This document shows, piece by piece, positions 1-7,947 of a stretch of DNA of 64,000 bases. The DNA comes from Candidatus Multivoradales bacterium (GTDB lineage: Bacteria; Acidobacteriota; Thermoanaerobaculia; Multivoradales; JAHEKO01), in assembly GCA_965248055.1 (NCBI GenBank), contig CBDFIJ010000004.1, positions 640,001-704,000 of the forward strand, given 5' to 3'. The number at the start of each line of letters is the position of its first letter. Positions within the stretch are counted from its first letter, which is position 1. The notes under the pieces were generated by a model. The model made no database searches. It saw nothing but the letters and a program-made list of their open reading frames with translations, and was not told the origin of the DNA. Both the position numbers and the translations under genes were made by a program.

Positions 1-553
1 AACAGGCTGCGGGTCGTCCCGTCAACTTGCCGTAGGCGGATGCCGCAAACGCCGCCGCCCCCTCATGCCGAATCCCATAGAAAGCCAGATCTCCCGCTTG
101 CTCCTGACGGCGTAGCGCGTCGGATAGACCCAAATTTGAATGCCCAACCATTCCCCAGACATGGCGAATACCCCAGGCGACCATGGTTTCCACCATCAGA
201 TCACTCACCGTGCGCGCGTGCTGTGCTTCCGCGGGCAACCCGACGTAGACCCCATCCTCGCGTTCTTCCACCGCAAAGGTCTCAACGCCATCGTCAAATC
301 CAGGCGCCTTGCCGGTAATCGGGTGGTAATCCCAGCCGTGCCAGGGACAACGCAACAAACCGTTTTCGATCGACCCCTCACCCAAAGGACCCCCTTGGTG
401 AGGACAGCGGTTGTCCAATGCGCCATATGCATCCCCAACTCGCGTCATGCATAGGGTTCGATGACCGCAAGTCACCGCCTTGACGCGACCTTCGGCCAAC
501 TCGCTGGAGTCGAGAACGCGGTGCCATTGAGTGCTCGATTGATTATTGCTCAT
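1..553 (-). CDS. Rieske [2Fe-2S] domain fused to a thiamine-pyrophosphate-binding (pyruvate oxidase/acetolactate synthase-like) protein; runs off the left edge
   Basis: Not in the ORF track because there is no stop in the window. Manual translation from ATG 553 gives MSNNQSSTQWHRV...NRCPHQGGPLGEG...RCPWHGWDY (Rieske CxH...CxxH), then GIRHVWGMVGHSNLGL...GIRHEGAAAFAASAYGKLTGRPAAC (TPP N-terminal domain). Confidence 0.85.
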   Translation of the reverse strand, partial: MSNNQSSTQWHRVLDSSELAEGRVKAVTCGHRTLCMTRVGDAYGALDNRCPHQGGPLGEGSIENGLLRCPWHGWDYHPITGKAPGFDDGVETFAVEEREDGVYVGLPAEAQHARTVSDLMVETMVAWGIRHVWGMVGHSNLGLSDALRRQEQAGDLAFYGIRHEGAAAFAASAYGKLTGRPAAC

Positions 554-564
554 GGAATCTCCGT

Positions 565-1482
565 TTAATTGCCGTTCTCTACTGTCTGTCGATAGTCGCT
601 CGGAGAAGCCCCGTAGCGCGCGCTGAATGCCTTGGAAAAATGGCTGCGACTGGAAAATCCCAACCGTGTCGCCAACTGCTGCACCCCCAGATCGCCGTGT
701 TGCAAGATCCGCTGCGCTTGATGCATCCGGACGCTATTGACGAAGCGCTTGGGCGACTCACCGAAGCTCTCTACGAATGCCTTGGCAAATGCCGATCGGC
801 TCATCGCCGCAACTTCAGCCAGCGATTCCACCGTGTGCGGTCTACCGGGATCATCGAGAATGTGATCGAGGACTCGTGCAAGCCGAGTGTCCTCAAGCGC
901 TGCTAACCACGGAAAAGGACACTCTTCACCCTCGCACAGACGGCGAAAAAAGAGTACCAGACCTTGAAACATCAGCGCATCGACCAAAGCGTGATGCCCC
1001 GGACCGCGATCCGCTTGCTGGCGCAAGATCTCTTCAAAAATCGTCGCCGCCTGGGCTGAATCGGACAGATCAACCATTAACGGAGTACGCAGCCCGCGAA
1101 ACAGATCCAAAGAGTCGCCGTAACCAGCTAGCATCTGACCACATGCCACCACCACCACGGTATCCTTTTCGTCGCCAGCAACCAAGCTGACCACTTCCGA
1201 AGTCGTCGCTCCGGCGCCAATCCGCAGCTCTTGGTTTGGTGCGTTGTCGGCCTGCAAAGCGTGAGAGACCCCAGTGGGCACCACCACCATGGTGCGTCGA
1301 ACAAACGACTCGACCGTCGATTCGCCCAGTGTCACCATTTGCCCGTCACCCTCGAGCACGAAATGAACCAGGGCGCCATCTTCCGGACCCGGCAAACTCA
1401 GACGCCATCCAGGGCTTAGTTTGCACAGCGCGAAGTTCTTGATTCGCACATCTAAGCCGTTGAGCAGTTTCTCCAAGAGCAT
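565..1482 (-). CDS. AraC family transcriptional regulator (cupin + HTH, RclR-like)
   Basis: C-terminal HTVESLAEVAAMSRSAFAKAF...LGFSSRSHFSKAF; N-terminal cupin VHFVLEG. Confidence 0.9.
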   Translation of the reverse strand: MLLEKLLNGLDVRIKNFALCKLSPGWRLSLPGPEDGALVHFVLEGDGQMVTLGESTVESFVRRTMVVVPTGVSHALQADNAPNQELRIGAGATTSEVVSLVAGDEKDTVVVVACGQMLAGYGDSLDLFRGLRTPLMVDLSDSAQAATIFEEILRQQADRGPGHHALVDALMFQGLVLFFRRLCEGEECPFPWLAALEDTRLARVLDHILDDPGRPHTVESLAEVAAMSRSAFAKAFVESFGESPKRFVNSVRMHQAQRILQHGDLGVQQLATRLGFSSRSHFSKAFSARYGASPSDYRQTVENGN

Positions 1483-1624
1483 GTCGGTTGACTATATCCT
1501 GCGGGCTGGACGAAATCGCACCGATGCCGGACCAACCCAACTTCCAAAGTGGCAACAATCAACCTGTTAACTAGGAAGTCACTCGGGAAACCCTCGAGTG
1601 GCTCCACAACAAGGAGTCTTGATC

Positions 1625-2413
1625 ATGAAACTCTCTCGCCTTGCATTGTTCACCTTGGCTTTAGTCGCCCTGGCTGGGGTCGCCTTTCCTGGCGTAGTCT
1701 TGGCCCAACTGCCCAATCCCGGCCTAATCATTGAACCAGGGCGCACCGCCCTAGTGATCACCGATCCCCAGAACGACTTTCTAAGTCCCGAGGGAGTCAC
1801 TTGGGGCGTGGTCGGCGCAAGCGTCGAGGCCAACAATACCGTCGCCAATATCCAGGCTCTGCTGGATACCGCCCAAGCGACCGACACACCGATCTTCGTC
1901 TCACCGCACTACTACTACCCCACCGATCACGGGTGGAAATTTGGCGGCGCGGTCGAAACCATGATGCACGCGATCAACATGTTTGATCGAGAAGGAGCTC
2001 TAACCACGGCCGGATTTGAAGGCTCCGGCGCCGATTGGCTGCAACAATACAAGCCAATCCTTAACCACCCCTCCACCGTGATCGCCAGCCCGCACAAGGT
2101 TTACGGACCGGAGACCAACGACTTAGTGCTGCAACTGCGCAAACGCGGCATCGAGAAGATTGTCCTGGCTGGTATGTCGGCCAACCTCTGTACTGAGTCA
2201 CACATGCGTGAACTGATGGAACAAGGATTTCAAGTGGCAGTCGTGACTGACGCCACAGCCGCGGCACAAGTCCCAGGCCTCGATGGCTACGCTGCCGCCC
2301 TGGCCAACTTTCGCTTCATCGCCAACACCGTCTGGACCACCGAAGAAGCGGTCGCCAAGTTGAAGGGAGAGGAACTTCCTGCCGTAGAGGTCGTGGAGAG
2401 CACCGAATCCTAA
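1625..2413 (+). CDS. Secreted cysteine hydrolase (isochorismatase family)
   Basis: TALVITDPQNDF...HKVYGP...LAGMSANLCTESH (D-K-C triad); signal peptide; AGGAG upstream of ATG 1625. Confidence 0.88.
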   Translation: MKLSRLALFTLALVALAGVAFPGVVLAQLPNPGLIIEPGRTALVITDPQNDFLSPEGVTWGVVGASVEANNTVANIQALLDTAQATDTPIFVSPHYYYPTDHGWKFGGAVETMMHAINMFDREGALTTAGFEGSGADWLQQYKPILNHPSTVIASPHKVYGPETNDLVLQLRKRGIEKIVLAGMSANLCTESHMRELMEQGFQVAVVTDATAAAQVPGLDGYAAALANFRFIANTVWTTEEAVAKLKGEELPAVEVVESTES

Positions 2414-2688
2414 GAATCCACTGTTTCAGCCGAACGCGATGAAGGTCCACCAACGGCGGTGGGCCTTCATTCGCTTGAACCTGTACTGAAGCCGAGCCCG
2501 CATACGGGTCACTTCCTGACACGCCCGCACCAATCCGAGGTCGCACGCATTCTGCATGACCTCACCAATGCTGTCCTGATACCGCCCGAGCAGCCATTCG
2601 GCGCCTGCTCGCTCAACGGGCGAGAGGCCGCTCAATGAACCCATCCCATATCTACAACCTCCGCGAACCGGTGCTCCGCATCTAGTTA

Positions 2689-3741
2689 TCATTCCGACCC
2701 CATCGGTGCATCAGAGTCTCGGTCATCGGGCGTGAGTTGTAGAGCAACCTTGAAAAACTCCCCGGCACGTTCATGCTCTCCCGATTTGCTCGCTTCCTGT
2801 CCTTGATACCGAAGCATGTCCGTGGTCCACTTGACCCGCTGGGCAATCCACGGGTCGATCGGATCGAGCTGGCGTGCCAGCTCGATATCCCTTCCGGCAT
2901 TGATGTAGTCCTCGGTCTGGGTCAGTGACCAGTGCCGCTCCTTAAGGCAATCTAGACCCTGCGGAGCCAGACTGAGAGCGCTATCGAGGAATAGGATTGC
3001 TTCATCGAAGCGCTCCTCGCGATTCAGTAGATTGGCCTTCTCGCAAAGGAAATAGGGGTGATTTCCGAGCTGCAAAGCCGAATCGTAGAGCTGGTGAGCT
3101 CGGTGATACTCCTCATCCTCTCGGTAGTACCAGCCAGCGTCCATGAACCCATAGCCTTCCAAAAGCGCTAGCTTAGGGTTTCGCAGGGACAACTCGTCTA
3201 GTCCCGCTGCATAAGACTCCATTTGTCCGAATGATCCGCCCCAGCGTGGTCGCAGTGACCGCATGTATGTCGTACGGATCCCGAAGCACAGCTCACAGTG
3301 TTGGAGTGCGCGTTCCAGCCGCTCTCGGGCGGAAGGGTCTCCGGCACCGTTGGTTACCATAAGGTGCAACATATTGGCGTGAACTGCGACTGCAGAGGAA
3401 CGGAGCGACAGAGCTCTTTCAAAATCTGCCGCTGCCTGGCGATGGTAGGCAACCATTCTGTCGATTCGGTTCTGCGAGGTATCTTTGCCGTACTGATTGC
3501 CTCGGTAGTACCAACCAAGTTCGTAGAAATATGAGCCACGTGCCGCAACAGCTGCAAACGAGTCCGGATATCTCTCCACCCATTCTTCCAATAGCGGACT
3601 CAGCGAAGGGTCAGCTACCGCGAAGGCGGCGAACGCGGTCGAGGGCCAGAATTCCTTGCGAAAGTCGGTATCCATCTCATCCTGGTAGTAGGTGACGAAG
3701 CTTTCCAGGCGGTCGAAGTGCTCCAGACGTAAGAGATCCAA
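2689..3741 (-). CDS. DUF4034/TPR-repeat protein, 5' end possibly cut by the IS481 element
   Basis: WVERYPDSF...GWYYRG...SLRPRWGGS motifs and TPR repeats; start abuts the IS end. Confidence 0.65.
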   Translation of the reverse strand: MDLLRLEHFDRLESFVTYYQDEMDTDFRKEFWPSTAFAAFAVADPSLSPLLEEWVERYPDSFAAVAARGSYFYELGWYYRGNQYGKDTSQNRIDRMVAYHRQAAADFERALSLRSSAVAVHANMLHLMVTNGAGDPSARERLERALQHCELCFGIRTTYMRSLRPRWGGSFGQMESYAAGLDELSLRNPKLALLEGYGFMDAGWYYREDEEYHRAHQLYDSALQLGNHPYFLCEKANLLNREERFDEAILFLDSALSLAPQGLDCLKERHWSLTQTEDYINAGRDIELARQLDPIDPWIAQRVKWTTDMLRYQGQEASKSGEHERAGEFFKVALQLTPDDRDSDAPMGSE

Positions 3742-3750
3742 GATTGTGTC

Positions 3751-4788
3751 CTAGATCAGTACCTTTGAGACAGTCGGCGGGAGCACGACCCCTGGGTCGA
3801 GCTTTAGAAGGTACCTTGCCGGGGGTTTTCTTTTCAAGCTCTTGTGCGGCCTGTAGGTGTTGTAGAGGTCCTGGAATCTCTGGATGTAAGGTCTCAAAGC
3901 CGAGACAGTATCGGGTAGCTCATACATTTCATAAAACTCTCCTCTCCAGGTTTCCTGCATTCGTTCGACGGTGCCGTTGAGCTTCGGACTCTTTGGCGGC
4001 AGCACATAGAGGGTGATGCCTCTATCTCGGCAGGCTTTCTCAAATTCATCCATAAATTCACTACCACCGTCCACTTGGATCGAGGTGATGTCAAACGGAC
4101 ACTCGGCAATGACTTTGTCTAGAAAGCGTGCTGCACAGCGAGAAGTGGCACGTTGATAGATCTCTCCCACTGTCCACCGGCTGACCGGACAGGAGGCTGA
4201 AAAGTGTTTGAGCCACTTGCCTGGAGCAGGGACCAGATGCAGCGTGTCGATCTGCAGTCGCTCGCCAGGGCGCGTTGGTCGGGGACACCATTTCGGCAGT
4301 CGCTGAGCGTGGAGCCGGCGCATACGCCGGGAGTTTTTGTACTTCTGGCGCCGGTAGCGTACCCGGTGGATTACCCCTCGATCCATCAATTTGCGCAAGA
4401 TACGCCCGACAGTGGCTTCTGATACCTCAAAGCCCTCGCCCTGGATCAGCGGCGCTAGGGTTTCCTTGCCCCAGGCAGGAAAGTCTCGACGGAGACTTTC
4501 GACTCTCTGTACCAATTCAGGTGACCAGTCAGCCTTACGCACCCGCTTGGGTCGGCTTGATATCGGTTCTAGATGTCGGGGGCCACGCTCAAGGCGTTTG
4601 CGCCAGCGGTAAAGGGTAGCTCGACTCTTGCCCAAGATCTGAGCTGCTTCTTCACCCGAGATCCCCTTGTCGCGTAGTTGCTCGAAGCTCGCAACCAAGC
4701 GCAGCCGATCACGAGCCTGAGAGCTTAAGACAACGATGTCTTCACGGTAGTACTTGTAGAAACTTGGATCGAGTGCGACGATTTGCAT
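3751..4788 (-). CDS. IS481-family DDE transposase
   Basis: N-terminal HTH (SRATLYRW); LQIDT...IQVDGGSEF...PKLNGTVER; YNTYRPH. Confidence 0.92.
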   Translation of the reverse strand: MQIVALDPSFYKYYREDIVVLSSQARDRLRLVASFEQLRDKGISGEEAAQILGKSRATLYRWRKRLERGPRHLEPISSRPKRVRKADWSPELVQRVESLRRDFPAWGKETLAPLIQGEGFEVSEATVGRILRKLMDRGVIHRVRYRRQKYKNSRRMRRLHAQRLPKWCPRPTRPGERLQIDTLHLVPAPGKWLKHFSASCPVSRWTVGEIYQRATSRCAARFLDKVIAECPFDITSIQVDGGSEFMDEFEKACRDRGITLYVLPPKSPKLNGTVERMQETWRGEFYEMYELPDTVSALRPYIQRFQDLYNTYRPHKSLKRKPPARYLLKLDPGVVLPPTVSKVLI

Positions 4789-4994
4789 CTGGGGGCCTCC
4801 CTTCGTTTTGGGTTATTCGATAGACCCGAAGGATCTTGGCCCCCTTTTTACTTGTCAAGGCTGTGGATGATGATGGGCTGGTGCAAAGCCAGCTACGCTT
4901 GCCTTCCCACAGCCCTTGGAAATCTCTCACGAGATTCCCACATCCCCCACAGCCTCGGCGACTAACGGCGCTGTCTCACAGGTGTTTGATCTAG
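3751..4994 (-). mobile_element. IS481-family insertion sequence
   Basis: Imperfect terminal inverted repeats CTAGATCAGTACCTTTGAGACAG (3751-3773) and CTGTCTCACAGGTGTTTGATCTAG (4971-4994); CTAG at both ends. Confidence 0.85.
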
Positions 4995-5183
4995 GTCAGG
5001 TCGTGGCGCTGTAACTAATCCTCTTCTAGGTAGCCGACATTCCTCCAGCATTGGTTGGCGCGCCAGCCCCAACACTGGATTGATTGGGACAGCGATTGAA
5101 CCCGAGCAATAGAGTCGAGATCGTTGAAGTCCGACTGACAGTTGCTAGCGGCTAGCCAGCGAATCTGCTTTGGATTGGAAGAC

Positions 5184-5267
5184 TGGTGCCGGAGGCGGGA
5201 CTCGAACCCGCAAGCCTTGCGGCGGAGGATTTTAAGTCCTCTGCGTATGCCATTCCGCCACTCCGGC
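5184..5267 (-). tRNA. tRNA-Leu (anticodon TAA)
   Basis: GCCGGAGTGGCGGAATGGCATACGCAGAGGACTTAAAATCCTC...GGTTCGAGTCCCGCCTCCGGCACCA; long variable arm; encoded CCA. Confidence 0.97.
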
Positions 5268-5340
5268 AGCAGCACAATCTTAACCCTGGCGATGGTATTG
5301 ACAAGACCGGATCAGCGAGTGTTTTTGTTAAAGTCTTGGT

Positions 5341-5600
5341 ATGCGCGTTCGACTTTTTGGGCGATGGCCTTGATTGCCATCGCGACGAGTAGTGTTTTCG
5401 TTCCTTTGGCCGCCCAAGACGTGACCTTCGAACGGGTCCTAACCGACATCCACCAGCCGCTGGGGATCACCCGCGCCGGCGACGAATCACAGCGCTTGTT
5501 CATCATCGAGCATCGGAGGACAATACGCGTGGTGCAAAACCAGCAGCTCGTGGCCGGGCTCTTCTTGGATATCCGCGATCGAGTACTGTCGGCCGGCGGG
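5341..5600 (+). pseudogene. N-terminal fragment of a secreted PQQ-dependent sugar (glucose/sorbosone) dehydrogenase
   Basis: Signal-like stretch then HQPLGITRAGDESQRLFIIEHRRTIRVV...FLDIRDRVLSAGG; similarity stops before the expected E-x-GLLG motif; boundaries approximate. Confidence 0.6.
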
Positions 5601-5681
5601 GCAGGGCCTGTTGGGTGCAGACCTGAAACCGTCATCAAAAACGTCGAGACGGACCCGAGTCTCCAGCGCTGGTTCCCAGTG

Positions 5682-6396
5682 ATGGCGACTCGTCGCGACT
5701 CGGACCACGAAGTGGTCGGCGCCGATGGGACCCAAGGTAGCTGGGTTGCGGTTTGCGCAAAGAATGGCCATTTTTCGAGCCTCTCCGAATACCCCGACAT
5801 TGCGACCCTGGCCGCTGCATTTCCGGCAGCATCGGTGATCGCCATCGATATTCCTCTGTCGTTTGCGGTAGGGGGTCAGCCTCGCGAGGCTGACATCGCT
5901 GCGCGACGTAGGCTCAAGAAGAGGTCCTCTTCCGTCTTTCCAATCCCGGCACGCGAGGTCATGGAAGCCCCCGAATATGCACAAGCCAACCTTCTTGTCG
6001 CGAGAAATCACCGGCAAAGGGATTTCCAAACAGTCCTACTCCCTCAGGAAGAAGATGATGGAAGTCACCGCGTTCATGAAACAGACTCAAGACGCGCGTA
6101 TTCGCGAGGTCCATCCCGAGCTTTCTTTTCAGGAGCTGGCCAGGCAACAGAATCGAACGATCACTGCGTCAAAGAAGACCTGGAACGGTATTGTCGAACG
6201 CTGGAGGCTTCTTCAAACTGTTGGCCTAGCCGCCACTCTCAAGCCCTCGACCGCGCTTCGCACGGCTGCGTTCGATGACGTGTTGGACGCCGCCGTGGGA
6301 TCTTGGACTGCTCACCGCATTGCCTCCGGGCAGGCACTCTCGATTCCAGAGAGCGGGGTAGCAGATCGGCCACCTGCAGAAGTGCTTTGGATCTAG
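5682..6396 (+). pseudogene. DUF429 family (predicted RNase H-like nuclease), split by a frameshift near 5990-6000
   Basis: GADGTQGSWV...IAIDIPL...ARRRLKKRSSSVF in one frame, continuing as ISKQS...IREVHPELSF...DDVLDA in another. Confidence 0.75.
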
Positions 6397-6474
6397 ACGC
6401 CGCGGAGCTCCTCATTTCCGGCCTGCTGCTTTATTTTCCCACTGACTCGACTGGCTCAGTGAAATCGCTACGCT

Positions 6475-6559
6475 GCCGGAGTGGCGGAATTGGTATACGC
6501 AGAGGACTTAAAATCCTCCGCCTTCGGGATTGCGGGTTCGAGTCCCGCCTCCGGCACCA
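6475..6559 (+). tRNA. tRNA-Leu (anticodon TAA), second copy
   Basis: GCCGGAGTGGCGGAATTGGTATACGCAGAGGACTTAAAATCCTC...GGTTCGAGTCCCGCCTCCGGCACCA. Confidence 0.97.
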
Positions 6560-6719
6560 CAAATGGCTACCAGGGATTTTGACTTCTAGCCAAGTTCAAG
6601 CACTCGGTCAGAATTCGCGATCTTTCTTTTTTCTTTCCCTTTTTGGTTAGCGCGTGCGCCAAGCCCTGCTGCCATATTATCGGCACCTTTCTTAAGCTCG
6701 ACAACATACAATCCAGAAT

Positions 6720-7409
6720 ATGGATTTGATTTCTCAGGAGATACTTCGGTCCGCGACGCCGTTCAGCGCTTTGCCTGATGCTGATCGTCAACATCTTGCG
6801 GCGGTTGCCGAGGTTAAGACATTCCGGGCAGGCGACCTCGTTCTTCGCGAAGGCGAACCGTCGCACTATTTCTACACCATCGTCTCAGGGCGGGTGAAGG
6901 TGTTCAAAACAACTCCATCGGGAAAGGACATCATCTGGGGGATCTTCGGCTCGGGAGATCCCGTGGGCAGCGTGGCGGCGTTTAAGGAAACTCCCTATCC
7001 AGCAACCGCGGCAGCGCTCGAAGAGACTGTTTGCATCCAAATCTCCCGATCCGATCTCTACTCTTTGATGGATGATCACCCTTCGATTGCCAGGGGGCTT
7101 CTCCTTGGTCTGACCCAGCGCCTAGTTGAACTGGTCAACCGCGTGGGAGAACTGACTGGTGCCCGCGTTGAGCCTCGATTGGCGAGGCTCTTTCTTCGGC
7201 TCGCCCACGAAATGGGGCACCACGACCGTGCCGGTATCTTCATCCCGATGGCGCTCAGTCGGCAGGAACTCTCCGACATGACCGGCACTACGATCGAGAC
7301 CTGTATTCGTGTGATGAGTAAATGGCAGAAGGACGACACCGTGCATACCGAAAAAGATGGCTTTGTCGTTTTGGACCGGGCGGTCCTGACAGCCCTCGCC
7401 AACCACTGA
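6720..7409 (+). CDS. Crp/Fnr family regulator (DNR/NnrR-like, no FNR cysteine cluster)
   Basis: cNMP-binding fold (LREGEP...SGRVKV) and HTH LSRQELSDMTGTTIETCIR; directly upstream of the nos operon. Confidence 0.9.
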   Translation: MDLISQEILRSATPFSALPDADRQHLAAVAEVKTFRAGDLVLREGEPSHYFYTIVSGRVKVFKTTPSGKDIIWGIFGSGDPVGSVAAFKETPYPATAAALEETVCIQISRSDLYSLMDDHPSIARGLLLGLTQRLVELVNRVGELTGARVEPRLARLFLRLAHEMGHHDRAGIFIPMALSRQELSDMTGTTIETCIRVMSKWQKDDTVHTEKDGFVVLDRAVLTALANH

Positions 7410-7436
7410 TCAACGTCTGGCATGGGCAGACCGCAG

Positions 7437-7478
7437 ATGATGTCCGTCATACACATTCAGGTTTGACTTTGTAAGCAT
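7437..7478 (+). promoter_or_regulatory. Putative Crp/Fnr box with an extended -10 element for the nos operon
   Basis: ATGAT-GTCC-GTCAT at 7437-7450 (7/10 match to TTGAT-N4-ATCAA), centred 41.5 bp upstream of GTG 7485; TGnAAGCAT at 7470-7478. Confidence 0.55.
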
Positions 7479-7484
7479 AGGTTG

Positions 7485-7886
7485 GTGGAGTCCTCCAGTC
7501 TGAACGTTAGGATTGCCGAATTGGCCAACGCCAATCGGTTGCTGATTTCCCAAGCGCAACAGACCGACTGCCAATGCCCTTCTGCGGTATTGAATCTGGG
7601 CGCCTCGATTACCTCCCTCTCAACTCTGGCTTCTTGTCTTTACGAACACAATCGCTTTCTCGACGAAGCGGTCCTCGATGAGCTATTACTTGAGCGTCGG
7701 AGTTTGGCCGATGCCCTCGACCTGCTGAAAACGTTGAGTGAGGCCAACTCAGAATCGCACGACATTGAGCCTCTCGCCAGCGCGCTGGTGGGGCGCATCG
7801 AAGAGTTCCTCGAGCGCGAAGATCGCGCTTTCTACCAACCGCTACTCCGTTCCGCGAGTAGCGATAGCAGGAAGGCGCATAGGTAG
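7485..7886 (+). CDS. Small helical protein, degenerate hemerythrin/HHE-like
   Basis: ELLLERRSLADALDLL...RIEEFLEREDRAFYQP resembles HHE helices without the His ligands. Confidence 0.45.
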   Translation: MESSSLNVRIAELANANRLLISQAQQTDCQCPSAVLNLGASITSLSTLASCLYEHNRFLDEAVLDELLLERRSLADALDLLKTLSEANSESHDIEPLASALVGRIEEFLEREDRAFYQPLLRSASSDSRKAHR

Positions 7887-7947
7887 TGCCTTTTCCCGTC
7901 AATTCAGCAAGGCCGTGTCCCCAAATTTCTGCCATAGGAGGTCCCCA

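Noticed and set aside
140-454. Plus-strand 104-aa ORF and neighbours
   Set aside because: Antisense to the Rieske-TPP gene, which has clear motifs.
2426-2692. 88-aa minus-strand ORF after the DUF4034 gene
   Set aside because: No recognisable motif or RBS; cannot be supported.
5015-5392. ORFs over the tRNA-Leu gene (also 6303-6650, 28925-29174 and 41058-41329)
   Set aside because: Shadow frames across tRNA genes.
5977-6010. Programmed frameshift in DUF429
   Set aside because: No slippery heptamer or stimulatory structure seen; an indel is the simpler explanation.
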